A DNA stretch of 64,000 bases from the NCBI RefSeq assembly GCF_001194135.2, contig NC_068982.1, forward strand, positions 42,619,532-42,683,531, read 5' to 3'. This document shows positions 23,191 to 36,829 of this stretch, one piece after another. The translations under genes were made by a program, and so were the position numbers. The notes beneath the pieces are model-generated. The model did no database searches, was not told the DNA's origin, and saw nothing but the letters and a program-made list of their open reading frames with translations. The DNA comes from Octopus bimaculoides (Eukaryota). Each line of letters begins with the position of its first letter. Within the stretch, counting starts at the first letter, position 1.

Positions 23191-23639
23191 GATGGGTAAA
23201 TAGGTTCAGTTGTTCGGGGAGTGGGTGCGGTAACTGAAGATTGAAATTAATGTATAGTACCAGTAGTAATGGGATGGGCAGCAACGAGGTCACGAAGGTC
23301 AGAGCTAAGTAGAAGTTGTGCATTTTCTTGTTGATGCAGTTGAAATGTATCAGTAGATTACGGAGGGATCGTTATTTTCTTCCTGTCACTTTACATTTTC
23401 AGAACAAATTCTACCGAAGACCCTTTATCTGGCAATTCTTTCGGGATCTATGAAATAAATAAGTAGCAGTAAGATACTGAAAAAGAAGTCATCTAATCTC
23501 CGTGAATATTTGTAGATTGTGTTACTGACTTGTAGACATCAAGAACACGCTCCTAGACATATATATAAATACATGAAGTACATGACATCACTAACGAGTG
23601 AAAAATACGTAAAGACACGAGAGATAAGTACAAGTCCAG

Positions 23640-23748
23640 TACTCATCTCTCGTGTGTTTACGTCCCAGTTATGTAGTGGTACGGAAAAAGAAACCGATAG
23701 AATACATATAGGGCATAAAAAACTCTTTAAGGCGGTGCTCCAGCATAC
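23640..23748 (+). mobile_element. Family A SINE 3' fragment
   Basis: GTGTGTTTACGTCCC..GGAAAAAGAAACCGATAGAATA..TAAGGCGGTGCTCCAGCAT. Confidence 0.7.
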
Positions 23749-24282
23749 ATGCGTCTTTATGCGTGTATATCTTATATGCATCTTTTCAGGATGGAGACGA
23801 GTGTATGTAGAATTTCTCAGCATGACATTAAAGCGCATTTCATGATGAGGTTATAGTTCGAAAGTTCGAGAGTTTTGTGGAGTATGGGATTTACTCCTTA
23901 GTCATCACTAATCTCCTGTTTATTCTCATCTGGTATGATGCAACATGCAAAAGAGCTCTGCGCATCAGTGCTATAACAGTAGCTGGTCCTGTGGTTAAGG
24001 CATGTAAGGATTTCAGCGTGGGAATGATTTTAGCATGTGTCATATAGGCATACAGATGTTTGGACATATCCTGATGTCACATAAGACAGTCACCGAAGCT
24101 TAAGGTCTAAATAGGCCTAGAGCTTCATGTGTAAGCTCGAGATAACAGGGGACTGGCTAAGTAAATATATCGGACGGGCACAAGATAACAGGAAATCACT
24201 ACTGCCGGACTTTGGCATGATACTGTATCCTAGCCAAAAGCTGTATAGCAGGCGTAACACGTGTATACACACACACACACAA

Positions 24283-24314
<32 letters not shown>

Positions 24315-24729
24315 CGCGCGCGAGAGAGAGAGATTAAACTTTAGAAGTCCGTGTGTATGTGTGAACGTGTGTGTGTATGTGCGCGCGCACGCTCCTGTTC
24401 GTTAGGTTCTGTGTGCATACATGTGTGCATATATATATATATATANNNNNNNNNNNNNNNNNNNNNNNNNNNNNNNNNNNNNNNNNNNNNNNNNNNNNNN
24501 NNNNNNNNNNNNNNNNNNNNNNNNNNNNNNNNNNNNNNNNNNNNNNNNNNNNNNNNNNNNNNNNNNNNNNNNNNNNNNNNNNNNNNNNNNNNNNNNNNNN
24601 NNNNNNNNNNNNNNNNNNNNNNNNNNNNNNNNNNNNNNNNNNNNNNNNNNNNNNNNNNNNNNNNNNNNNNNNNNNNNNNNNNNNNNNNNNNNTTACTACT
24701 TGTAATGTAATGGAGATTTATGGAAAAAT

Positions 24730-25380
24730 ACAGGTATATTAATAATGAAGATAATGTTAGGTTGATGCTGGTAATGCTATTGGTTGTAAATTCAAAGTTT
24801 ACCGTTTTTTTTTTTCGGTTGAAACTAGCGGCTGAGCATTAGGGAACATCGGTTTGTGGTGTTGGTGGTTATAAAGAGAAAGTATTTGGCCGTAAGAAAA
24901 TGAATATACCCAGAAGAAAATGGTGGCAATGGTTACTCGCCATACTGGCTGTCTACAAACGATGTCTATTACTGAAGGTGCAGAGAGCGAGACTATGTAG
25001 TAATAGAGTTAGTAATGGTAAAATTAACAGTAATAATTTATTATTATTTGCAGTGGTGGTTTTCAAAGTTATCTTAGAGGCAGTGGTGATTGTAGAAGGT
25101 TTGCACAATGACGATTACGGTATTGGCGAAGTACTGAAGTAGTGACGATGTTAACGGAAACATAATTATAGAGATTTTGATCGGAATGGAAGCGTGGTAG
25201 AGACGGTGGTCGGAGTCTTGGTGGCAATACTGAATGAAATGTTTGTATTGATAGTATGTTGCAGTTGTCCATGTACTGGCTATGAAGTGCTGGTTATGGT
25301 GGAGAGGTTTCGGCGGTAAAGAAGATGCGACAGAAATGATGAAATGTAGTGTGTTGGTAGTGGTGGTGGTCTTCATTTAA
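24730..25380. repeat. Long degenerate GGT/GAT/AGT low-complexity region
   Basis: G/T-skewed decayed trinucleotide runs; the ORFs here are compositionally driven. Confidence 0.65.
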
Positions 25381-26883
25381 ATGGAAACCTACTGAGCGTG
25401 ATGAGTGTTTCTTTTTAATTTGTTGACGAATAAGCTGATATCTCTTTTCTCAGACAAAGAGAGCCTTTTCTGTAACATTTGGATTTATAATTTTATATAT
25501 ACATATGTAAAGAAAAGCAAAGAAATACGTCTTCCCACACAGGCACACGCGTAAACACACACATGAATACATATACACACACACACATACATGCATACAT
25601 ACATACATACAAACATACATACATATATANNNNNNNNNNNNNNNNNNNNNNNNNNNNNNNNNNNNNNNNNNNNNNNNNNNNNNNNNNNNNNNNNNNNNNN
25701 NNNNNNNNNNNNNNNNNNNNNNNNNNNNNNNNNNNNNNNNNNNNNNNNNNNNNNNNNNNNNNNNNNNNNNNNNNNNNNNNNNNNNNNNNNNNNNNNNNNN
25801 NNNNNNNNNNNNNNNNNNNNNNNNNNNNNNNNNNNNNNNNNNNNNNNNNNNNNNNNNNNNNNNNNNNNNNNNNNNNNNNNNNNNNNNNNNNNNNNNNNNN
25901 NNNNNNNNNNNNNNNNNNNNNNNNNNNNNNNNNNNNNNNNNNNNNNNNNNNNNNNNNNNNNNNNNNNNNNNNNNNNNNNNNNNNNNNNNNNNNNNNNNNN
26001 NNNNNNNNNNNNNNNNNNNNNNNNNNNNNNNNNNNNNNNNNNNNNNNNNNNNNNNNNNNNNNNNNNNNNNNNNNNNNNNNNNNNNNNNNNNNNNNNNNNN
26101 NNNNNNNNNNNNNNNNNNNNNNNNNNNNNNNNNNNNNNNNNNNNNNNNNNNNNNNNNNNNNNNNNNNNNNNNNNNNNNNNNNNNNNNNNNNNNNNNNNNN
26201 NNNNNNNNNNNNNNNNNNNNNNNNNNNNNNNNNNNNNNNNNNNNNNNNNNNNNNNNNNNNNNNNNNNNNNNNNNNNNNNNNNNNNNNAAGAGAAGATAGA
26301 GAGTGGGGAGAGACGAAGACAAACAGAAAGGACAAAGATGATATTTTGAATTGGCCATTTATAATTCACCGACGCTGTAAAAGGAATATCTGTGCGTGTT
26401 TTCTTAATTTAATAAACAGAACCGAAAGAACCTATAAACAATTCATAGAAAATAAAGTACAATAAAATAAATGGAAATTTATACGAATTTAAAGCATAAA
26501 ATAAACTATAGTAATTTATAGTAATGAGATTATAGCTTGCTGGATAATTAACCTAATTTTCATTGATGAGGTTTGTTTTCTAGTAAAATACTTTCTTTTG
26601 TAAAACACGAGGTTCATAGTTCGAAATATATAATCACAAATATTTTAATATTTAATAAACTTTTCGGGCCTTGTGCCTATAGTAGAAAAGAATATTTAAT
26701 AAACTATAGGCATTACTGCATTTCTCGTATATTGTGTAAGATACAACTGTTATTTAAAATAGTAGAAAAGAAGAAATTTTTATGCTGGTAATAATGAGGT
26801 GAACGGTTAAAGGAAGAGATGAGGAATGAGAATGAAGACAAAAAGGAGAAGAAGAGTAATGTTTACAATAACAATGATGATAT

Positions 26884-26884
<1 letters not shown>

Positions 26885-26956
<72 letters not shown>
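26885..26956. repeat. Pure (GAT)n microsatellite
   Basis: Direct inspection, 24 units. Confidence 0.98.
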
Positions 26957-26959
<3 letters not shown>

Positions 26960-27384
26960 AAACCACAAAAATCAAAAACGATGAGAAAAAAATGAAGAGG
27001 AAATGAAGTCTCTATCTTTTGCAGACTTTCGCCACTAACTTGAAGCACTGAAGTTGCTAAGTGGATACTGCATTGCATAACATGCTGATGAATTAAAATC
27101 CCGCAGCTAGGGTTACGCTGTACTTTTGTATAGAATATATTCATCTACAAAGCTAACGAGAATCAATACCATGTAGTTAGAAAAACTCTTATAACAAGTG
27201 AGTGACATATCATCCAATTCTAAGTATCGACTCTTATATTCTATGTAAACTGATCATGACGTGCAGCCTGCACCAGGTGATGACATTCTATATTATAATC
27301 TCGGACCAATTCCAAGGAAAATATACCATTTTTTTGTTCGGTATACAGCAACTCTGACATTCACTATATTTTACAATACTGGCT

Positions 27385-27632
27385 TTCCATCGGTTACGTC
27401 GAATGTTCCAGTTGATCCGATCAACGGAACAGCTTCCTCGTGAAATTAACATGCAAATGGCTGAACGCTCCACAAATACGCGCACCCTTAACGTAGCTCT
27501 CGAGGAGATTCAGCAGGACACAGAATGTGACAAAGCTGGCCCTTTGAATTACATCTCATTTTTGCCAGCTGAATAGACTCGAACAACGTGAAATAAATTA
27601 TCTTGCTTAAGGACACAACACACCGACAAAAT
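27385..27632 (-). mobile_element. SINE with family C 3' tail but CORE/V/Meta-like body
   Basis: 27385-27552 matches the family C tail (GTTCCAGTTGATCCGATCAACGGAACAG..CCCTTTGAATTACA), then switches to CTCATTTTTGCCAGCTGA..GTGAAATAAA..CTTGCTTAAGGACACAAC. Confidence 0.8.
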
Positions 27633-27954
27633 AATTTTAACTTCTTGTGTGGGGAAAAAAAAATCGATTCCGCAGCGATTTGATTTGAGAACGGAAGAGA
27701 ACGTAATTAGTTAACGGGAAGGCATTTTGAATGGCATTAGAATATTAATACGATTTCTGCCAATGAAGTTTTGCCAATAAGGTACAGAAAAAATGCCCTA
27801 CTTCCAGCAAAATTGAGCAGCAAAGGATTATGTAGTAAAGAAGATTACGAATGAATGATAATCCGATATAATAGATGATAGCTTGATTGATAACTAATAA
27901 CGGGTCAAAATTAAGTTTTGTACAACGTCTATTTTTCAATGTTTTCCTTTTAAT

Positions 27955-28326
27955 TGTTGACGTCATTGGACTACGGATATCTTGGCGCACCACCTTGAAC
28001 AGGTTAGTCGGACAAGTCGACCCCTCAGACATGTTAGATCTGCTTCTTTCTCTCTCGGTCCGTTTGCTGAACCACTAGCGTGTGGAGGATAACCAACCAA
28101 AACTGATTTCCAAGCGGTGGTTGGGGAGACAAATGCGAACATAGACATACACACGCATATATATGACGGGATCCCTTGCAGTTTCCTTTCACCAAATTCA
28201 GTCATTTCATTAGTCGGGCCGGGGGTAGAGTAGAAGGCACTTGTTCAAGATGTCACGCTGTGAGATTGAGCCCGAAACAGCTTAGTTGCAAAGCGAAATG
28301 TTTAACCATGCAACTATACCTGCTCC
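27955..28326 (-). mobile_element. Family A SINE, old diverged full-length copy
   Basis: Retains GCACCACCTTGAA, GGTGGTTGGGGAGACAAA(CA)n, TTGCAGTTTCCTTTCACCAAATTCA, GTAGAAGGCACTTG and the head TTTAACCATGCAACTATACCTGCTCC. Confidence 0.7.
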
Positions 28327-28969
28327 TACAGGATTGAAAGCTCGCCCAGTTCAAATTATATCATTTTATTGCCAAGACTTAGTTCACAAGAAGAAGAGCA
28401 GATATGGCGGGTAGGACTAAAACACGACACCTTTGTTGCTGAAGAATATCAAAGGAATGAGTTAATCACAAACTTCTGATTCGGTCAAAATACTTGCAAC
28501 TCAGTTGACTCTACTAAGGATACAAAGACCAGGTGGCTTTGTTAAATCGAGCAACAGATGAAGTCTATCATCCAAATATAACAATATTTCTCTAATCAGC
28601 TTCTGGTTCAGTTCTTGACCACCTGATACCCTTTGTAAACTGCCGTTTTATTAATATACGTGTTTAGCCTTTCCTTGCATAAGGGTATCCAGGCAAAAAT
28701 ATGAAAGCATTCAACTGTATAGCTTACACCCTAGAAAGATAACTATCTAAAATCATCTCACAACAAGCTGGCGTTTATATAAAAACGATGTTTAAAATAA
28801 AGGCGAAGACGATCATAAAGGGAAATAAAATAAACAGAAGTGAAGTAATACGAAGTGTGTTCTGGGGCGTGTGATTTCAGACTACAAACTTCTTTCGAAA
28901 GAACAGTAGAAAAATTAGTTATTAAATGTATTTGAAAGTCCGCAATTAGAATTTGTTAATTATCTCTTG

Positions 28970-29180
28970 TTTTCAACTTGTTTCAGTAATTGGATTGCGG
29001 CCGTACTGGGGCAACGCCTTGAAGGACTAAATCAGACATATTCAACGTAGTACTTATTTTTAAGTCTGGTACTTAGGTTATCGGTGTATTTTGCCCAACC
29101 ACTAAATTAAGGAGGTCACACACATACACACACACACATACATACATATATACCTACATACATATATACATACATGTATA
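28970..29180 (-). mobile_element. Family A SINE 3' half with (CA/TA) tract
   Basis: TTTCAACTTGTTTCAGTAATTGGATTGCGGCCGTACTGGGGCAACGCC..TTTTGCCCAACCACTAAATTAAGG. Confidence 0.7.
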
Positions 29181-29384
29181 TAAAGGAATACAAAAAATGG
29201 GAGAAGGACGCAAAACATCTAGACAGATGATACAAAAAGGGGACAAGAAAAAACAAGGATAGGTCATTCCTCAGTCGAGTTCCAGATTATCTTAGCAATT
29301 TCGGCTGGTTATACTCAAGATTACTCCAATCTGGCCAGCCTCAAGGCAGAACTAAGGTAAAAGTACCCTAAATATATATATATC

Positions 29385-29650
29385 ATGATGGTTAAGATAA
29401 TAATCAAGATGGCGGTGACGGTGGCCGCAGTAGTAGTGGTGATGATCCTGAATACAACGACGATGGCGAAGGCGATGATGATAATGGTTGTGTTGGTGGT
29501 AGTGGTGGTGTCGGTGGTGATGATGATGATGATGATGAGAATGATGTTTATGATTATGATGATGATGATGGTGATGGTAGCTGTGCTACTGCTGGTGAGG
29601 ATGATGTTAATGACGATGTGAATGATAATGATGTTGACGATGATGACGAT
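29385..29650. repeat. Compound GAT/GGT trinucleotide tract
   Basis: Direct inspection. Confidence 0.85.
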
Positions 29651-30028
29651 GAAAATGGATTACTTGTGAGTTTGAGACGGTATCTTTTTGTTTTTCTCTT
29701 TTCAGATAGCATATTGAACTCTAGAGAATGAGATTCGAAACAGATTTATCCAGATAGCTGCTCAAATTACCTCTGCAGGGTTCAGTTAGTATGCTGGGAA
29801 AGGGTAAACCAAGAGAAGATACGAGAAAGAAAGCAAAGAAGATGAAGCAAGTATAGAAATTACAGAAACAAAAAATATTTTTTTTAAAAAGTAGGAAAAG
29901 TAAAAGAAAAAGGGAAAATGTGGGAAGTTTGAAAAAAAAAACCAACTTATTTGTTCAGTTCGAAATGTCCATGAGAGGCAATGAGCCTTTAAAAAATGGA
30001 AGGTGATAAAGTGCTTGTAAAGGGGGGA

Positions 30029-30030
<2 letters not shown>

Positions 30031-30090
<60 letters not shown>

Positions 30091-30092
30091 TG

Positions 30093-30152
<60 letters not shown>

Positions 30153-30270
30153 TCTTATATTTGCCATCAGGACGAAGCACAGGGAGACAGTTGCAGTAGT
30201 AGTAGTAGTAGTAGTAGTAATAACAATAACAATAACAATAATAATAATGATAATAATAATAACAACAACA
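30031..30270. repeat. (AAT)n, (TAG)n and (AAC)n microsatellites
   Basis: Direct inspection. Confidence 0.95.
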
Positions 30271-30279
30271 AAGAAACAG

Positions 30280-30350
30280 CTACGTGCTCCAGCATGACCG
30301 CAGCCGCATGGCTGAAACACGTAAAAGAGTCAAAGAGTAAAAGAGTAAGT
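30280..30350 (+). mobile_element. Family A SINE terminal fragment
   Basis: GTGCTCCAGCATGACCGCAG..GGCTGAAACACGTAAAAGAG. Confidence 0.7.
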
Positions 30351-32136
30351 AAATATATAAATAAGATTACAAGAATTAAGCAAACAACAACAGGAATAAT
30401 GTAAACACATCAACTTATAGTGAAATATGTTTGGCCGTGAAACATATGTGATATTCATTGTAACCCAAATGACCCTTTCCTTATCAATTATTGTTTATAA
30501 TAGAACATGTATAACAACAAAGGCGAAAAATATATACGAGCAAAGAAAAACAGAGGTAAAATATATTGCACTTGTCGCCATATTTTTTTTTTTACTTTTG
30601 TGTTTGTTGACAGATTCCCTTTGGAAAATCTCCTGTTTTTTTGGTTTTTTTTTGTCTTTTCTCCGTGAAATTTCGACAGGCATGAGATTATCTGGTGAAT
30701 GTATGGTCACATACAGAGGGTTTTTATGTGCCCTATTTGTGATGGAATGTAGAATTATGGAAAAGCGATCGAAATTGCTAGTGGAAATTTGGCGATTGGG
30801 GATAAAAAAAATTTGTTGAGAAATAAATGATTTGCTGACATCCAACGGGGTAGCTTCCGGGTTTTTCTATCCAGGAAACCCAGCATTTACATATTGTTAT
30901 TTACGGCTTTAAGTGATGTCATTCAAAGTCCAGATTAAAAAAAAAAAAAATAAAAAAAAAAATACTGAAACGTTTAAGCATGCAAAAGGTGCAAAAAGGA
31001 AAAAGAAAACATTTTCTTTTCTGAAATATAATCACGATGGTAATTGTTACTGAAGTGTTCGAATATTTATTGGTTCATATAGTTGTGGAGGACGTTCAGT
31101 ATGAATATATATAATCAATATTTTCGCCCCAAAATATATCGATTATANNNNNNNNNNNNNNNNNNNNNNNNNNNNNNNNNNNNNNNNNNNNNNNNNNNNN
31201 NNNNNNNNNNNNNNNNNNNNNNNNNNNNNNNNNNNNNNNNNNNNNNNNNNNNNNNNNNNNNNNNNNNNNNNNNNNNNNNNNNNNNNNNNNNNNNNNNNNN
31301 NNNNNNNNNNNNNNNNNNNNNNNNNNNNNNNNNNNNNNNNNNNNNNNNNNNNNNNNNNNNNNNNNNNNNNNNNNNNNNNNNNNNNNNNNNNNNNNNNNNN
31401 NNNNNNNNNNNNNNNNNNNNNNNNNNNNNNNNNNNNNNNNNNNNNNNNNNNNNNNNNNNNNNNNNNNNNNNNNNNNNNNNNNNNNNNNNNNNNNNNNNNN
31501 NNNNNNNNNNNNNNNNNNNNNNNNNNNNNNNNNNNNNNNNNNNNNNNNNNNNNNNNNNNNNNNNNNNNNNNNNNNNNNNNNNNNNNNNNNNNNNNNNNNN
31601 NNNNNNNNNNNNNNNNNNNNNNNNNNNNNNNNNNNNNNNNNNNNNNNNNNNNNNNNNNNNNNNNNNNNNNNNNNNNNNNNNNNNNNNNNNNNNNTATATA
31701 TATATATAAATTATGCACACACACACACACACACACATACACATATGTGTGTGTGTGTGTGTGTGTTGTGTGTATAGAGGCCATCTCTCTCTCTCTCTGT
31801 TAGACTCTATATTTCTATCAATATGCTTTAAATTAGTAAGTGCAAATGCATGGAACTGTACGTAAACTTCTATGTATATGAACATTTAATTCTATGTATA
31901 AATTAGTATACGATAAATATAAATGCATGAATCCACATACATTTAAGTCTTCGTTCTCATTTGTTGTATATACTAAAGAGTTCATTATAATTTGTCAATG
32001 TAATTTACATTCATTGTTTTAACAGACAATATAGAAAGATATATTAATATGCATATAATGCTTCCACTAGTACAGTAATACTATAAGATTATCTGATACA
32101 ATACAAGTTCGTGGGAGATATATAGTCAGATATATG

Positions 32137-32148
<12 letters not shown>

Positions 32149-32220
<72 letters not shown>
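32149..32220. repeat. (TG)n microsatellite
   Basis: Direct inspection. Confidence 0.98.
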
Positions 32221-32224
<4 letters not shown>

Positions 32225-32400
32225 TGTGTGAGTGTGCGTGTATGTATATGAGTATAAATATATATGTGTGTGTACATATATATGTATATATATAAACATA
32301 CTTGTATACATATACACAGACACACAAAACACGCGCGTACACATATGCACACTTATGTATATGTAGACATATATGTATGTATACATGTATTTATGTGTGT

Positions 32401-32450
<50 letters not shown>

Positions 32451-34987
32451 ATGAGTGTGTAATAGTTATTTATAGTACACTCCTTGAAGGACAATCAAAT
32501 ACATCTTTAACATATACGTATCGAAAAGAAGGATCTGAAAGGGTATTCAAGCATATGGTGTGGAATGCATTCTTACATGAAAAACGGAACACCCACAGAC
32601 ATGTACAGACTTAGACCGTAGAAGTTTACCTCCCCGAAAGTAAAGAACTTGAAAATTCGAAACCACTCTTTTCAGTTTGATAAATAAAATAAGATGCAAG
32701 CATTAACAACTCCCAAACTCCCTGAACAATTACATAAAATCTTTCAAACAATCTCTAAACATCTAAAGGCTTGCAGACAAAACAAAGGATATACATGAAC
32801 TAAACGACACAACGTGCTCTAAACTTCCGACATATAACAATAAAGAAATTCATACAAAAAATACGAAAGCAAAAATTCAAGCCCTCCACCGATACACTAT
32901 AAATATAGAAGTGAAGAAAAAAAACAAAACAAAGAAAATCTGGTCGCCTAGCTAAAAATAGAGCATCTCGTAGTATACTCCACCATGTATTAAGCATTAA
33001 ATACCGTATCCCCAATTTCCTCTCCAGGTGCAGGTTGATTATTGTTGCAAAAAAACGAAAGGGATTTAGTCATCATGTGTATCCTCGATGCCATTAACAA
33101 TAGAATAAAAAATACTAAGAGACTAACACTGCAACTCCACCGTTAGTAAGTCGTTCAGGAGTGTTTAAAATAAATCCTTTTATTCAATTTAACATTGTCA
33201 TCTTTCATCTATTTTAACTAAATTAGTTCTCCTGAAAACCATGGAATTTGGGAGAAAATTTACATCGCACCCAGAAACCGTGCTACCGGAATAAAAATGG
33301 ATGCTCGTAAAAGAATCACGAGACCATGATAAGAATGGACACCAGACAAGTGGTTCTTATGACATGAAGTTTCTTATTATGTTGAAAAGTTGGATGGGTT
33401 CATTGTTTGGCGTTTCTATAGGCAGTTAAAACAAAACAGGAGTATTCAATTTGATACAACGAAGAGCCAGTAGTTTATCAACTTCCTACGGCACAAACTG
33501 TAACAATAAGATTTAGAAAAGAACTGTTAAGAATATTTAAGTAATTTGATTTAAACAACCACTTACAGCACACTAACAGAAAGTAACTTCTTTTTAGGCT
33601 GTAAAGACAAACATATACAGTTGAGGAAACCAAATACACACGACAGAGTTCCACCAATAATCTGCATTTAACAATCATGCAAACGATATAAGAGTATCTA
33701 GCTTGTACTCAGAGAGTTGCGACACATTACAACGAGTGACGAATAAAAATACAGGGCAACACACTGTATGCATAAAGAACCAGCGGAACTAGGAACAGGA
33801 AAGTAATTTGGTTCAATTTCCCTTTTAATATGAATGTAGTCGACAGTGTAGCTAGGATTTTTTTAATCGTTTGTAATATTCAATTTCTCATCTTCATATA
33901 GATGCAACTATTTAAGGCATACAGCTTTAGAATTATCAATTATGGTCTGGGTCTTAATAGCATTGCTGCACAGATTTCACAGCAGAATTTAAGACATTCA
34001 GCCAGAAAGCCCCATTCTCAACAAGCAACTTGTGGCAGCAGAAAACCCACAATCGATCTTAGTGAAGCACACCTCTCTAAATGATGGATGCAAAGAAAAA
34101 TCCAAGTGTCATGTGGTGAAAAAGTATACTGGTATCTGCACAAAACCTGCAAATACACTCATTCAAATTCAGAGCAAAGGAGAATTCAACATATTCATCT
34201 CAATGAATGCGTTTTATTCATCCGGAACACGGCGGATTGATCAACTCCATAGAATAACGGTGAAATCTGTGTTGCCTATACTTGACTGAGACATTCTGTA
34301 TCCTGAAATAGCCAGTGATATCACCGAACATATATGAGATACCATCTCTGGTTATTCCACTAGGAGAACTACCAAAAGTTTGATATGTCCATTGAACCCG
34401 TATATTGAACCGCATCCATTGAACCCGTCCATTGAACCGTATCATAATTGTTGTAACGTAGCCGCCCATCCTGATGCCCGCTAGTCAAACCTGTGTTATG
34501 AAACAATATGCAGCAAAATTATCAACCGTGATGCAAAAATAAAACAAAACAGAAAACAATCACATTTCATCGTAGGTAGTATGGTTAGAATGAGCACAAA
34601 TGGAACGNNNNNNNNNNNNNNNNNNNNNNNNNNNNNNNNNNNNNNNNNNNNNNNNNNNNNNNNNNNNNNNNNNNNNNNNNNNNNNNNNNNNNNNNNNNNN
34701 NNNNNNNNNNNNNNNNNNNNNNNNNNNNNNNNNNNNNNNNNNNNNNNNNNNNNNNNNNNNNNNNNNNNNNNNNNNNNNNNNNNNNNNNNNNNNNNNNNNN
34801 NNNNNNNNNNNNNNNNNNNNNNNNNNNNNNNNNNNNNNNNNNNNNNNNNNNNNNNNNNNNNNNNNNNNNNNNNNNNNNNNNNNNNNNNNNNNNNNNNNNN
34901 NNNNNNNNNNNNNNNNNNNNNNNNNNNNNNNNNACTTAAGTCCAACGAAATATGCTTTTTCTTTCATCCGGGAACATGCCAAAAACC

Positions 34988-35171
34988 ACTGTGTTTATTA
35001 CATGTGTATAAATCGCGCAATTTATCCTTTTTTTTTCGATTTTAACTGTAAAATGTACGGCGTGAATTATACACGAATTATACGGAAAAAAATTAAACAT
35101 ATGAAGAGAAAAAATGTTGTGTCAATATTTAAAACTACATTACGGGTGCGATTTATACTCGAGTACTACGG
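34988..35171. mobile_element. Tc2/pogo-like MITE remnant
   Basis: Right end GGTGCGATTTATACTCGAGTACTACGG-TA; the left end shares the inverted GTATAAATCGC (11 bp exact) but is otherwise decayed. Confidence 0.45.
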
Positions 35172-35574
35172 TAAATGATAATTTAAAAAATGGCTCGTTT
35201 ACACAGAACTATAAGCTGACCGACAGCCAGGCAAATGGGCAGAAAGACAGCCATGTCGGTAGAAGAAAGATTCTAAGTGGGGTAGTAACATTAAGTATGC
35301 AGTGGTGAAGGCAATGGTAGTGATAATAATGGTGATAATGATGATGATGATGGTTTGGTCATGGAAGTGGAGGTGGTGATGAAGGTGGTGGTGGCATTGA
35401 TGACTTTGATGGTGATTGATAAAACTAATACTTATGATAGTCTTTATATTTATTACTATCGTCACATATACATACACAATGACACATTTGGATCTTTCTC
35501 ACTGTTCCCCTTATCTCTCCTCCACACGCTCTTTCTCATTGTGTGTGTGTGTGTGTGTGTATGTGTGTGTGTGT

Positions 35575-35605
<31 letters not shown>

Positions 35606-35784
35606 AATAACGCCGGTGTTTTAATGGTGGAGATGTTTCTATGTGGCTTGCTTGTTTGTTGTACCTTGTTTATCATGTTGTCCATGTTCTTTTGCCACGT
35701 CATGTACCCAGTTATGTATCTATATGTACATGTAGATGAAGGTATGTACATACATGTACATATATATGCATATACTCATATATT

Positions 35785-35831
<47 letters not shown>

Positions 35832-35885
35832 NNNNNNNNNNNNNNNNNNNNNNNNNNNNNNNNNNNNNNNNNNNNNNNNNNNNNN

Positions 35886-35933
<48 letters not shown>

Positions 35934-36829
35934 TCTCTATCCATTCGTATATATACACATAAGTGTACATATACAGATATATATATATACATATACATCA
36001 GTCATATGTATGCATCTATATATGTATGTGTGTGTTCATGCGTGTGTGTGTAAGAGAGAGAGTGTGAACGTGTATATGTGTGTATGTGCATGTGTGCGTG
36101 TGTGTGTGTGTGTTGTGTGTGTGTTGTGTGTGTGTGTGTGTGTGTGTGACCGATGTACATGGCTGATCATCCTGTACTTACATCAGGAGATAACTTTATC
36201 TAACGCTGTCTTCTTTGCAGTAATATTTCCTCATATTTTTTTTTTAAATAACACCAACAAAAAATCCAAACAAGTGTTTATTTACCACTTGTGAACGACA
36301 TAACAGCGAAAGTAAACTTCCAACAAGAAACCAATTGTTTGCTATAGTATTTTGAGATGGCCACTTTTCCTTTCCTGTGAGGTTCAACAAGTCGTGGCGC
36401 ACACTTTTCATTCCTCTCTTCCTTTGTGTCTTTTTTTTTTTTTACTCGTCTTTATTTCTTTCTTCCTTCCTTTTTTCTCACTTCCTCTTTTTGATTCATC
36501 ATCAAAATAAAATCATTCTTCAGATGATAAAATGGTTATTGTTGATGCTGCGATTAATACCAAGGTTTCTGTAAGAAAAAAAAAAATTAAGAAACAAAAG
36601 AAATCAGACAAAATCATCTGATGACTTCCGGTATAGTTTAATCGGTTTTATTTATATTAGGTTATTGTGGAGTAGTGGTTAATTCCGGGCGAAATCCATT
36701 CTGCTATTCAGTTTCAATTTCTAGTTAAGTCTACTTATCGTTTGCGTTACGTATTTTTACGCTAAAACAGCATGAACACCATAACTTCGAGTATATGGTG
36801 AATAAACAAACTATCAATGTGGTATTAGT

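Noticed and set aside
29706-29803. Strong plus-strand acceptor (TTTTTCTCTTTTCAG) with downstream GG/GTAAAC donor
   Set aside because: All three frames close within the putative exon; it could only be a UTR or non-coding exon, and nothing else supports it.
34032-34469. Overlapping 83-85 aa ORFs on both strands and a short ATTGAACC(C)G x4 repeat followed by CTAGT
   Set aside because: No recognisable protein motif, and the possible Helitron 3' hairpin has only a 4-bp stem.
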